64,000 bases of DNA from Candidatus Kaiserbacteria bacterium RIFCSPHIGHO2_02_FULL_55_25 (GCA_001781335.1 MFLL01000001.1:25626-89625); one strand, 5' to 3'. Counted from the stretch's first letter, positions 10,326 through 19,821 are shown. The notes: generated by a model not told the origin, from the sequence alone. Translations and numbers: made by a program.

Positions 10326-10769
10326 ATGAAAGTAATACTGTTGAAAGATGTGAAGGGGGTGGGGCAGAGGGGAAAGATTGTCGAGGTCAAGGACGGATAC
10401 GCGTATAATTTCCTGATTCCGCACAAAGCGGCCGAGCAGGCGACGCCCGAGAAAATTGCGGCTCACGACGCCAAAGAGAAACAGGAAGCCACTCTCCATG
10501 AACAGCAAAATACGGCACTCAAAATGGCGGTACAAAGTCTCAACGGGAAGACACTCACCGTGTTTGCACGCGCAACCGAGAAAGGCGGGCTTTTTAAGTC
10601 ATTAACGACATCCGATGTCGTTAAGGCAATTCTAGATCAGCTCAATATTCAGATACCAGAGACTACCGTCGAGCTCGAGAAGCCCATCAAGCAGACAGGC
10701 GAACACGCTATAAAGATAAAAACCGCGGATGTCGCGGCCTCTATCGTACTTTCTGTACAATCGGTTTAG
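10326..10769 (+). CDS. rplI: 50S ribosomal protein L9
   Basis: MKVILLKDVKGVG..GKIVEVKDGYAYNFLIP. Confidence 0.96.
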   Translation: MKVILLKDVKGVGQRGKIVEVKDGYAYNFLIPHKAAEQATPEKIAAHDAKEKQEATLHEQQNTALKMAVQSLNGKTLTVFARATEKGGLFKSLTTSDVVKAILDQLNIQIPETTVELEKPIKQTGEHAIKIKTADVAASIVLSVQSV

Positions 10770-10776
10770 TTCCTGT

Positions 10777-11049
10777 TTAAACGATGTCGACAATGCGGCG
10801 TACCACCGTGCGGCCATCGAAATTGGTCTTGCGCTTTGAGCGAAACTTCACGGCGCCGGTCGTCATCGAGAAAAGAGTGTGGTCCTTGCCGATACCGACG
10901 TTTTTGCCGGCCATAATGGCTGTGCCGCGCTGGCGAACGATGATGTCGCCCGTTGCGACCTTTTGGCCGTCCGCGCGCTTAACGCCGAGGTACTTCGGAT
11001 TTGAGTCGCGTAGGTTTTTGGCTGAGCCGCCTGCTTTTGTATGTGCCAT
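10777..11049 (-). CDS. rpmA: 50S ribosomal protein L27
   Basis: [38 protein letters not shown]. Confidence 0.97.
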   Translation of the reverse strand: MAHTKAGGSAKNLRDSNPKYLGVKRADGQKVATGDIIVRQRGTAIMAGKNVGIGKDHTLFSMTTGAVKFRSKRKTNFDGRTVVRRIVDIV

Positions 11050-11055
11050 AAAGAT

Positions 11056-11090
11056 TAGGGACTAGGGAATAGGTGCTAGGGACTAGGAAA
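11056..11090. repeat. Heptamer tandem array upstream of rpmA
   Basis: TAGGGAC TAGGGAA TAGGTGC TAGGGAC TAGGAAA. Confidence 0.75.
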
Positions 11091-11108
11091 TACAGTAAAA
11101 TTCGATGC

Positions 11109-11474
11109 ATGAGGAATATACAGGAATACTGGCAGAAAATCAAGGGTTTTCTGGACGCCGGAATAGGGGATTGGGGGCTCGTAGCCATTATATTCCTCAC
11201 AGCCCTCGGTTCCTTCGGTCTGGGGCGCCTTTCGGCCCTTGTAGAGGCTCGTCCGCCTGTACCGCTGACGATGAGTCCGGAGAAAAGCTCTCCTGCCGCC
11301 CTTGCGATGGGTGGGCTCGTGGTGGCGGCGTGGTCGGGGACGGTCTACTACTATCCATGGTGCAGTGGGGCAGGGAATATCGCCCTGCAGAATCAGCGCT
11401 GGTTTACCGACGAAAAAAGCGCTCAAGCCGCCGGCTACCGGCCCGCAAAGAACTGCAAAGGACTTGCGCAGTAA
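11109..11474 (+). CDS. Membrane-anchored protein with Ada-like metal-binding domain
   Basis: N-terminal TM (SFGLGRLS); GTVYYYPWC..I...N..WF.....A..AGYRPAKNC. Confidence 0.7.
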   Translation: MRNIQEYWQKIKGFLDAGIGDWGLVAIIFLTALGSFGLGRLSALVEARPPVPLTMSPEKSSPAALAMGGLVVAAWSGTVYYYPWCSGAGNIALQNQRWFTDEKSAQAAGYRPAKNCKGLAQ

Positions 11475-11478
11475 TCGT

Positions 11479-12087
11479 ATGATACTCACACAAAGCAATG
11501 AAGAGGTTCTCGAGGAAATGAAGCGTATACGGAAGTTGTATGCGCTCAAGAGCGTGATGCGTTACAAGACCGACCGGAATCGTACTGTCCACTCGGAGTC
11601 GGTTGCCGAGCATTTGTACGGCATGCAAATCATCTCGACGTACTTTCTGCCCCTCGAAGACGCAAATCGCCGGCTCAACTGGCCGCATGTTGCGGAGCTG
11701 ATACTTTTTCACGAAATAGGGGAGATAGAGACAGGCGATATTCTGTTTTTCCAGAAGCGCGACGCAGACAAAGAAGAGGAGCGTAGGGCCGCAAGGCGTG
11801 TCGCTGACGAATTGCCGCAATCCTTGCAAGCGCTGGCGTATGAGCGATTTATTGAATTCGACGCATGCGATACCCCCGAAGCGAAATTTGCCGATGCTGT
11901 GGACAAGATAGAGCCTATCTTTGAGTTACTCGACGACGTCAATGTGCAATCGTTCAAACGCTTGGGGTTGAGGAAAGACATTGCGACAAACGGTAAGAGA
12001 CTTGCGACCAAGCCGTATCCCTACATGCGGCGCTTCCTAGATGCGTGGACGGAGCACATGGTTTCAATTGAAGGGTTTGCCGTGTAA
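11479..12087 (+). CDS. HD-domain phosphohydrolase (YfbR/HDDC2-like)
   Basis: LKSVMR, ESVAEH, FHEIGEIETGD (HD present as HE), EAKFADAVDKIEP. Confidence 0.75.
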   Translation: MILTQSNEEVLEEMKRIRKLYALKSVMRYKTDRNRTVHSESVAEHLYGMQIISTYFLPLEDANRRLNWPHVAELILFHEIGEIETGDILFFQKRDADKEEERRAARRVADELPQSLQALAYERFIEFDACDTPEAKFADAVDKIEPIFELLDDVNVQSFKRLGLRKDIATNGKRLATKPYPYMRRFLDAWTEHMVSIEGFAV

Positions 12088-12184
12088 GCACTATAAAGTG
12101 CTTTCGGGCTCCTCGGCTCGGCAATCCCAAAGCTAACTGTCCTTTGGCATTGCGCTCGCCCTACGTCGCCCGTAAAATAGCCCA

Positions 12185-12778
12185 ATGATAGTACTAGACG
12201 TTGAAGCAACGGGGACAGAGCCGGCCAAACACTCCATAGTGAGTATCGGCGCACTCGACTTGGCGAACCCCGCCAACCGTTTCTATATGGAATGCCGCGC
12301 GTGGGACGGTGCGCACATTATGGACGAGGCGCTCGAGGTCAACGGCTTCAGCAGGGAACAGGTGACAGACCAGTCAAAGCCAACCGAGGCCGACCTTACG
12401 CACGCATTCAAAGCTTGGAGCGAAGGTGTGGAAGAGCGGACATTTGCCGGACAGAATGTTTCGTTCGACCGCGATTTCCTCCGCGCAGCCGCCGAGCGGG
12501 CAGGGCACACAGACTGGCCGTTTGCTCACCGCACGCTCGATACGCATACGATGTGTTTTATGCACATGGTAGAGCGGGGGATTCAGCCGCCTGTTGTTCA
12601 CAAACGCTCTGCCCTGAATCTCGACGCCGTTCTCAACTACTGCGGCATTCCCGAAGAACCGTCTCCGCACAACGCGCTTACCGGCGCGCTCTGTCACGCA
12701 GAGGTGATTGCGCGCCTCTTGTACGGACGCAAACTTTTGCCTGAATTTGCGCAATTCGAGATTCCTTGGAAAAAGTGA
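12185..12778 (+). CDS. DEDDh 3'-5' exonuclease
   Basis: VLDVEATG, GQNVSFDRDFL, HNALTGA. Confidence 0.85.
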   Translation: MIVLDVEATGTEPAKHSIVSIGALDLANPANRFYMECRAWDGAHIMDEALEVNGFSREQVTDQSKPTEADLTHAFKAWSEGVEERTFAGQNVSFDRDFLRAAAERAGHTDWPFAHRTLDTHTMCFMHMVERGIQPPVVHKRSALNLDAVLNYCGIPEEPSPHNALTGALCHAEVIARLLYGRKLLPEFAQFEIPWKK

Positions 12779-12795
12779 GTCCCCCATCAAAAATA

Positions 12796-13132
12796 GGGAA
12801 GAGGGCGCTCCGATAATGTGGTGCATTTTTTGCATATTAAAAAGACGCTACGCGCAGCCGGAAAATATCTGCGAGACCGGAAGCGGAGGGGAGAGCGAGA
12901 TTCTGCATCCGGCGCCTCTTCATGGTATTGACCGGCTCGTGGTCTAATCTAGGTTATCCTAACGTCGCACAATATATCTTTTCCGACGTAAAACCCTAGA
13001 TAAAGCCACAGCAAATAAGGCGCCGTGCTCCGGCTCTGCATCAACCTGCGTCTTCCTCTGCTCCCATGTCTCCTGCAGGCGCATAGAGGCTCAAAATGCC
13101 CTCGGTAGGCATTTCTGCGAATCGGGCTTCCC
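12796..13132 (+). ncRNA. Candidate ~340-nt rod-like structured RNA or ssDNA element, unassigned
   Basis: Nested helices by eye: GGGAAG/CTTCCC, CCGAT/ATCGG, CTACGCGC/GCGCATAG, CTGC/GCAG, GAGAC/GTCTC, AGCGGAGG/CCTCTGCT, CGGCGCCT/AGGCGCCG, GTGG/CCAC, ATCTAGG/CCTAGAT, ACGTCG/CGACGT. Confidence 0.5.
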
Positions 13133-13217
13133 CGGAACAATAAATGAAGCATGTTTTGGCATTTGACCCAAATACAAAGAAAATTGAATTCTGTGAAAAG
13201 GGGCATATACTGCATAA

Positions 13218-13625
13218 ATGCGCAATCCCTCAGAAATACAGGCCTTTGATGGCAATGATGAAATAATTCATACTCAAGAATATTTGATTTTTGGTAACGC
13301 GCTGACCATTAGGTTTTTTAACTGGAAATTTGAATTTGAGTTTATAAATGACCCGAATAACACGGTGCGCTACGATTCTTCGAAAATTGAAGAAAATGGA
13401 GTGGTTATCGGTGCACATTTTCGCGTATTTAATTTTTTAAAGAACGTTGGCGCTGCGACGCTCAGTAAGGGTCGTATTGTCGAGGACATCGTCTATCACG
13501 GAGAGCGACGTGATCCGAATGCTGTCAAAGACATTTACTTTGCTCTCAAGACAACGGGGAGATATGGGGAGAACGGTCCCGCAGCAATTACTGTCACGTT
13601 TTATTCTAGGGTGCGCGCTACATAA
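13218..13625 (+). CDS. Hypothetical protein, AT-rich
   Basis: 135-aa ORF with TATACT 6 nt before the ATG; beta-rich composition. Confidence 0.65.
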   Translation: MRNPSEIQAFDGNDEIIHTQEYLIFGNALTIRFFNWKFEFEFINDPNNTVRYDSSKIEENGVVIGAHFRVFNFLKNVGAATLSKGRIVEDIVYHGERRDPNAVKDIYFALKTTGRYGENGPAAITVTFYSRVRAT

Positions 13626-13628
13626 TCT

Positions 13629-13958
13629 ATGCCTGGTCAAAGCGCACAACCATCGGGCCCCGGCGACTCAATGCACGAGACGGTTAAGCAGCATTCCGCG
13701 CATTTGGAGAAACTAGATCAAGTTATGCTAGCCGTTGTCGTTGTGCTTTTGGTAATGGTGGGAACACTCGTAATAACCGTTTTTATCGATTGGAAGAATT
13801 CTTATGAGAGATTGTCAGATAAAATTGACTCTATACAGAATCAAGGCAATTCTTTGAAAACACAGATTACGAACACAGAAAAGCCAATATCTTTAGTGCC
13901 GGTTGAAGGCTGGGAGGTTTGGGGCTCTGATCAATATTTCATAGTCCAGAGAAATTGA
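13629..13958 (+). CDS. Hypothetical single-TM coiled-coil protein
   Basis: Starts 3 nt after the previous stop; strong TM (VMLAVVVVLLVMVGTLVITVFI). Confidence 0.6.
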   Translation: MPGQSAQPSGPGDSMHETVKQHSAHLEKLDQVMLAVVVVLLVMVGTLVITVFIDWKNSYERLSDKIDSIQNQGNSLKTQITNTEKPISLVPVEGWEVWGSDQYFIVQRN

Positions 13959-14125
13959 AGTCAGAGCTTTTTCTTTGGTATACTTAGTTTTTAGCCGGCA
14001 CTGAACACGCCGTTCTGTGCCGGACCCCAGTTCGACAACCTGTTTGCCCCGATACCTAACTTCGACAATTTTATTGTCGCAGAATGGTCTTCGGGGCTGT
14101 TCTTTTGAGGGTCTATAATCCACTT

Positions 14126-14782
14126 ATGTACCGAGAACGTCTCAAGGCGCTACTCACTCCCGCTGAGAGGAAGATTTTTGTGCGGCTGACTTCCCCGCAG
14201 AAAATTCAAAATTTTCTCGATACCCTTCCCATCAACTTCGAACTAAAGGGCGAGACGTACATGTCGCCGCGACGAGTGTTGCGCGCAAAAACTGCGCACT
14301 GTTTCGAAGGTGCGCTCTTTGCTGCGGCGGTGCTCGCGTATCACGCCCATATGCCGCTCCTGATGGACATTCAAACGATTCCAGCCGATGAGGACCACGT
14401 TATAGCGCTGTTCCGGCAAAACGGCCGCTGGGGTTCGATAAGCAAGACGAATCACACAATATTGCGGTATCGCGACCCCGTGTATGCCTCGCCGCGCGAA
14501 CTTGCGATGTCGTATTTCCACGAGTACATCATGAATAGCGGGCGACGCTCCATGCTCGCCTTCTCCGCCCCGTTTGATTTGAGTCGATATGCACCCGAGC
14601 GTTGGGTCACTGCGCCGGAAGAGCTTGACTGGCTTGTCGAAGCGCTCGACAACTCCCGCCACTTCCCTATCGCGCCGAAGAAAAATCTGCGGCTGATCCG
14701 CAAGGCTACGCCGGTTGAACGACAGGCGCTCAACATTACCGAATGGCATCCGCGCGGCACAAAAACACGTCACGGAAAGTAG
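14126..14782 (+). CDS. Conserved protein, transglutaminase-like
   Basis: SPRRVL..AHCFEGALFAA, DHVIALF, WGSISKTN, YRDPVY (Cys/His candidates). Confidence 0.65.
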   Translation: MYRERLKALLTPAERKIFVRLTSPQKIQNFLDTLPINFELKGETYMSPRRVLRAKTAHCFEGALFAAAVLAYHAHMPLLMDIQTIPADEDHVIALFRQNGRWGSISKTNHTILRYRDPVYASPRELAMSYFHEYIMNSGRRSMLAFSAPFDLSRYAPERWVTAPEELDWLVEALDNSRHFPIAPKKNLRLIRKATPVERQALNITEWHPRGTKTRHGK

Positions 14783-14842
14783 CGAGGGACAAAATTACCG
14801 CACGCGGTGATTTTACCCGAGCGACCTTTTCGAAAGCTTCGC

Positions 14843-16099
14843 TTACGGCAAATAATTCACCGGATTGACATAGCCGTTGAACGGCGACACAGGCACTTTG
14901 ACGCTCTTGCCATTGTTGCATTTGTAATTAATGAAGCTCACCGCGGAGGAGACGTATACGGTGAAGTGAAGGTGCGGGCCGGTCGCATAGCCGGTATTGC
15001 CGCTGTATCCGATTAACTGACCGGTGGACACGCTTTGACCTTGGACTACATTGACTCCGGAGAGATGTGCGTACAGTGTCGTGAGTCCGTTGTTGTGCCT
15101 GATGAGAACCCATTTTCCATATTGACAGTTTGGTGCGGTTCCCAGGTTGGTTTCCTGTACCACACCATCAAGCGCGGCATACGTGGGAGTGCCGATGCTC
15201 GCCCGCATATCAATGCCGTTGTGACCCTTGCCTTTGTATGCTGCCGTCCGCGCAAACGCCGTGTCGCCGAAATATTGCGTTACGTGCACAGAGGTCAGTG
15301 GCCATCGCAGGACACCTTTCCCCTGCGACGGTATGGAGGAAATGTCGGCCGACTGCAGCTTGGCCTGCAGTTCCCGCAACGTGTCTTCAAAATCCTGTTT
15401 TGCGGCAACTTTCTCCGCGATAATCTTCTGATAGTTGCTTTCCTGATTTTTGGTCTGCGCAAGGAGGTCGCTTTGCGCTTTTTTTGTCGCATTGAGCGAA
15501 CCCTGCTGGGTGGTGAGTGTGCGCTGTTGGGCAAGTAATTGCGCGCGTTTCGCTTCCGCAGTGGTTTTATTGCTCGTCAGTGTCTGCTTATCCGCGGCGA
15601 GCCGGACGATGGTCGCCTGCATGGCGCCTTGCAGCGCTGCAATCGAGTCGATGTCCTGCCACAGATCCGAAATCGTCCCGGCCGCAAGAAGAGTGATGGA
15701 GAGCGGCGTTTGTTCGATGGCGTCAAGACTGCGGAGCGATTCGGCAAGCCCCGCCCGTTCATCGTCTATGGTGGCTTGCTTCGTGGCGATGCCTTGCGAA
15801 AGTTGCTGAATCTGGAGTTGCGTCGTGTTTATCTGGCTTTTTGTAACAGTAATCTTTGCGGTCAACTGTTTGTTTTGGAGGGTTAATTGGTTAACCGTGT
15901 TTTGCAAGGTGCTTTTTTGCTTCGTGGTGGAGTCGAGCTGTGCCTGATAATTGGCAATCTCGTTATCGAGTTGCTGTATCTGTGCGTTGTTGTCGTCTAT
16001 CTGTTTTTGCAGCTCGTCGGCGGTTTGTGCCGCGGCGGGCGCCGGAAGAATGGTAAAAACACAAACTAGCGCGAGTACTGACAACTTCCCCGTTCTCAT
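14843..16099 (-). CDS. M23 peptidase with long coiled coil (EnvC-like)
   Basis: Signal peptide, coiled coil, HNGID, YAHLS, TGPHLHF. Confidence 0.92.
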   Translation of the reverse strand: MRTGKLSVLALVCVFTILPAPAAAQTADELQKQIDDNNAQIQQLDNEIANYQAQLDSTTKQKSTLQNTVNQLTLQNKQLTAKITVTKSQINTTQLQIQQLSQGIATKQATIDDERAGLAESLRSLDAIEQTPLSITLLAAGTISDLWQDIDSIAALQGAMQATIVRLAADKQTLTSNKTTAEAKRAQLLAQQRTLTTQQGSLNATKKAQSDLLAQTKNQESNYQKIIAEKVAAKQDFEDTLRELQAKLQSADISSIPSQGKGVLRWPLTSVHVTQYFGDTAFARTAAYKGKGHNGIDMRASIGTPTYAALDGVVQETNLGTAPNCQYGKWVLIRHNNGLTTLYAHLSGVNVVQGQSVSTGQLIGYSGNTGYATGPHLHFTVYVSSAVSFINYKCNNGKSVKVPVSPFNGYVNPVNYLP

Positions 16100-17403
16100 A
16101 GAAGTCCTGCAGCCTTGGTGATGCGTTGAAGCGTGCGCTCTTTGCCGATGAGAGACGCAATGACGAACGGGTCGGGGGATTTCTCGCGGCCGGAAAGCGC
16201 GACACGCAGGGGCCAAAGCACAGCCCCTCTTCCCTCTTCTGTGGCATACGGGAAAATTACGTTTTTTATTTCTTCAGACGTGAACTGTTCGCCGGACAAT
16301 CCTTCCAGCAATTTTGCGACAGCCGTCAAATGCTGCTTCGCGGCAGGCGCATCAGTTTTTGCCCCCTTGATGAGTAATGCGGGTTCATACGAGATATCCT
16401 GCGACATAAATTGAAACTCACCGTTTTTAATGAGTTCGGCGGCTTCTCCGAATGTCCGTGCACGCTCTTTGATGAGAGCGACCGGGAGTTCACCCAAGTC
16501 GGTACCGGCGAACTCTTGATACCGGCGCGCGTATTCATCGTCGGAAAGTGTCCGCAAGTGCTCGTGATTTATCCAAAGCATTTTTTCCAGATCAAACACC
16601 GCGCCGTGTTTGTGAACACGCTCGATGGTAAATGCTTTGATGAGCTCTTTGAACGTAAAAATCTCCTGCTCGGTCCCCGGATTCCAGCCGAGAAGCGCCA
16701 AATAGTTCACGAACGCCTCCGGCAGGAAACCCTGCAAGCGGTATTCGTTGACTGACACGGCCCCGTGCCTCTTGGAAAGTTTCGAGCGGTCGGGCGCGAG
16801 GATGAGTGGTATGTGGGCGTAAATAGGTCTCCCGTAACCGAGCGCTTCGAGAATGAGGATTTGCCGCGGCGTATTGGAAATGTGGTCCTCGCCGCGAATG
16901 ACGTGCGTAACGCCCATTTCATGGTCATCTACGACGACCGCGAGATGGTAGAGCGGAGCGTCGACTGATTTTGCTATGACAAAATCTTTCAAATCGGTAG
17001 TATCGAACGAAACTTCACCGCGTATGAGGTCGGTAAACGTCACACGCGTATTCGGATTCTTGAATCGTATGACCTTTTTGTCCGGATTGTCCGTCGTTGC
17101 CTCCGCTTCGTATGCGTGGCCGCTCTTCAGCAGTGTCTGTATGCAGTCGCTGTACACATCCGTACGCTCCGATTGTTTTGTGATTGCTTTTGCGTCGTAC
17201 GGAATTCCGAGCCACGTGAGGCCGTCCAAAATATCCTGCTCAAATTCGTCCTTGTTGCGTTCCTTGTCGGTGTCTTCGAAACGCAGGCGCATCTCGCCGC
17301 CCGCATGTGCGGCAAACAGGTAGTTGAACAATGCGGTGCGCGCACTCCCGATGTGGAAGTATCCTGTAGGTGATGGCGGAAATCTCGTAACTACTTTCGT
17401 CAT
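16096..17403 (-). CDS. gltX: Glutamate--tRNA ligase
   Basis: RFPPSPTGYFHIG, RFEDTD, VIRGEDH, KLSKR. Confidence 0.97.
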   Translation of the reverse strand: MTKVVTRFPPSPTGYFHIGSARTALFNYLFAAHAGGEMRLRFEDTDKERNKDEFEQDILDGLTWLGIPYDAKAITKQSERTDVYSDCIQTLLKSGHAYEAEATTDNPDKKVIRFKNPNTRVTFTDLIRGEVSFDTTDLKDFVIAKSVDAPLYHLAVVVDDHEMGVTHVIRGEDHISNTPRQILILEALGYGRPIYAHIPLILAPDRSKLSKRHGAVSVNEYRLQGFLPEAFVNYLALLGWNPGTEQEIFTFKELIKAFTIERVHKHGAVFDLEKMLWINHEHLRTLSDDEYARRYQEFAGTDLGELPVALIKERARTFGEAAELIKNGEFQFMSQDISYEPALLIKGAKTDAPAAKQHLTAVAKLLEGLSGEQFTSEEIKNVIFPYATEEGRGAVLWPLRVALSGREKSPDPFVIASLIGKERTLQRITKAAGLL

Positions 17404-18542
17404 ACGGGTTCGTGTTGGAGCGCGACGTCGAGCAGAACGGTGGCAATTTTGCGTGCAGATTGCGGACGCGCGAACTTCTTCGCAGCTTGCGACATTTCCG
17501 CGACTCGCGCGGGATCTTTGATGATTCTCTCTATTTCCGCAAAAAGGACGTGTGGCGTGAGGTTGTGCTGCTCAATGACCACCGCTCCTCCCGCGCGCGC
17601 ATAGGAAAACGCGTTGGAGGTCTGGTCGTGAGAAATGTCTTCGGGAATCGGTACAAGTATCGCGGGAGTACCCCACGTGGCGAGCTCAAATATAGTGCCG
17701 CTCCCGGCGCGGGCAACCACCAGATTAGCGACACCAGCGGCCATGCGCAAAGCAAGCGCGTTCAGAAGCCCGAACGGCCGGTACCGCTCTTCGTGTGAAG
17801 TGTCGCGTAGCACGAGCTTGGCGAGCTTATCGACTTCATCAATATTCGCATTCCCCGCCTGATGAATTACGTTGTATGAGGAAACGAGTTGCGGAAGCGC
17901 GTCGATGATGGCGTTGTTGATAACCTGTGCGCCCTGCGAACCGCCCATGACGAGTACTGTCGGGACACTCGTATCAAGATGCAAAAACTCGTGACCGCCC
18001 TCTTTTGCGGGAGTCTCTATCTCCTTGCGTATAGGATGGCCGATGTGCGCGATGCGGTCGCGAATGGCGGCAGGAAAACGCGCGGCCGCTTCCGGATGCG
18101 CGACACCTATCCAACGGGCAAATTTTGACGACCACAGCGACACCCTGCCCGGAGTCGCGTCTGCGTCATAAATAACAACCGGAATACGCAGCAGTTTCGC
18201 CGCATACAGGCTGGGGAAAGCTGCAAATCCGCCCGTGGAGAATATTACGTCGGGATACAGGCGGTACAGCTGGACAATGGAAGTGCAGATGCCCCAAGCC
18301 GTCGCAAAGAGCCCCAGAACGTTGAAAATGCTGGAGTAGCGGCGAAGGCGCCCGGCCGCACCCGGAATGTAGGCTATTTCGTGCTCAAGAAGCGCGGTGC
18401 GCTCAAACGGCTCGGGGCCGATGTAATAGAGCTCCGGTTCGATAAGTGTGCGTTCCCGCGTAAGCTCTTCGAGTGCCTCGGCTACGGCAATAAGAGGATA
18501 GAAATGTCCTCCGGTTCCCCCGCCAAGCAAAACGATACGCAT
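17400..18542 (-). CDS. murG: MurG glycosyltransferase
   Basis: GGGTGGHFYP, TGGFA, GGSQGA, ARAGSGT, DQTSNA. Confidence 0.95.
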   Translation of the reverse strand: MRIVLLGGGTGGHFYPLIAVAEALEELTRERTLIEPELYYIGPEPFERTALLEHEIAYIPGAAGRLRRYSSIFNVLGLFATAWGICTSIVQLYRLYPDVIFSTGGFAAFPSLYAAKLLRIPVVIYDADATPGRVSLWSSKFARWIGVAHPEAAARFPAAIRDRIAHIGHPIRKEIETPAKEGGHEFLHLDTSVPTVLVMGGSQGAQVINNAIIDALPQLVSSYNVIHQAGNANIDEVDKLAKLVLRDTSHEERYRPFGLLNALALRMAAGVANLVVARAGSGTIFELATWGTPAILVPIPEDISHDQTSNAFSYARAGGAVVIEQHNLTPHVLFAEIERIIKDPARVAEMSQAAKKFARPQSARKIATVLLDVALQHEPV

Positions 18543-18894
18543 TGCGCCATTTTATCACATCGGGTAGCCGTCGTTGACTGGAGCGTATAAAAATCAAAGG
18601 TTGACCTTGGGGTTATCGTTGGTCGACCCATTGTCAGCAGGATAGGGGCTTCACTATCCGTGAAGAATTTTTGCGCCGTCCCGCATTTCCCAATACCAAT
18701 CCTTGGTATCGCCATGACGGACGAATTTCACGACTTCGCCGCGGCGGCGCGCTTCGGTCACTTTGTGCGGGATGTGACTTGCGCCAGCACCAAAGTCTGC
18801 AACGTCGGACTCGGGCATCATAGCCCCCCTGTCACCGCCACCACCGATTGCGCTGGCCAAAGCAGCAAAAGCTACAAGGCTTACCCCTCGGGAT

Positions 18895-18934
18895 TACACA
18901 AGTCTGACTTCCGTACGGAAGTCAGACTTGTGTA
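18895..18934. repeat. Perfect 40-bp palindrome made of two inverted REP-like units
   Basis: TACACAAGTCTGACTTCCGT/ACGGAAGTCAGACTTGTGTA; each half contains AAGT-N3-ACTT. Confidence 0.9.
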
Positions 18935-19031
18935 GACTCAGTGCTCTGAATTTATAAGTCCTATAAAACAAAAGCTCCGCACGCGGGGTGAGGAGCTTGG
19001 TCGCACAGTGCGACAGGAACTTCTTGACACT

Positions 19032-19493
19032 TCAGCCCCTCTTAAGCACCTTGTCGAGCTTCGGGGCGAGTTGCGGTGCCATGTCGGCAAGACCGAGTTT
19101 GAGCGAACGCTTGCCGAACTTGGTCTCATCGCCAAGCATGGCTTTGGTTCGCATAGCCTCGGTGATGGTGTGCTCGCTATGCGTGCTTGCGATAACCTTG
19201 TTGTTCGGGTCGCCGGACGCGCGCAAGGTGTCGATAACCCTTTTCGCCATTCCGTTGCCGTTGTCGCGGTCATAGCACCACGGAGCAATTTCGTCTCCGC
19301 TCAGGTCTATTTTCATCACGCGACCTTTGAGGTAGTCGAAGTCCGTCTTCTTGGCAAGAATCGTTCTCGCCTCGTCGGCTGTCATGGGCTTGGGGTCGTA
19401 CTGTATGAATCCCATGCCCTGCGCTTGTGCTGCATTGTAGAGCGCGGCGAGCACTGTGGCTTTGTCGAGACCGCGAATTGAGATGGCGTCCAT
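19032..19493 (-). CDS. Conserved hypothetical protein
   Basis: GGAGG before MDAISIRGLDKATVLAALYNAA; FDYLKGRVMK..YDRDNG motif; the ORF-track start at 19721 is less likely. Confidence 0.7.
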   Translation of the reverse strand: MDAISIRGLDKATVLAALYNAAQAQGMGFIQYDPKPMTADEARTILAKKTDFDYLKGRVMKIDLSGDEIAPWCYDRDNGNGMAKRVIDTLRASGDPNNKVIASTHSEHTITEAMRTKAMLGDETKFGKRSLKLGLADMAPQLAPKLDKVLKRG

Positions 19494-19821
19494 CGGTAGT
19501 CCTCCGGTTGAAGGGCATGATGCCTGTAATATAGTAGCATCTAGAACGATATTCGTCAAGGCACCTGCGAGAACACAATCGGACTTCTGAGGGAATTCTT
19601 TCCAAAAGGCACGCGGTTCGATATCATACGAGACAGCGAAGTTGCGAAGGCCGTATGGAATTTGAACCACCGACCGCGCAAACGCCTCTTCTGGCAGACT
19701 CCGTGCAGTGTATTCGGTCACTGTTGCACTTGAAGCTTTAATTCAAGTCCCAGACACTTTCCTTGATGGTCCGCTACCATGTGATTTGGACTTAAGTTGT
19801 AGGGTCTCACCGTCAAATTAT

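Noticed and set aside
12796-13132. RNase P, tmRNA or SRP identity for the long fold-back
   Set aside because: Hallmark motifs (GAGGAAAGUCC, tRNA-like ends, SRP helix 8) were not found on either strand; left unassigned.
14046-14097. Integron attC site (contains ACCTAAC)
   Set aside because: No matching GTTRRRY at the other end and no integrase.
19494-19721. N-terminal extension of the 229-aa ORF
   Set aside because: A GGAGG precedes the internal ATG at 19493, and the extension looks unrelated or remnant.
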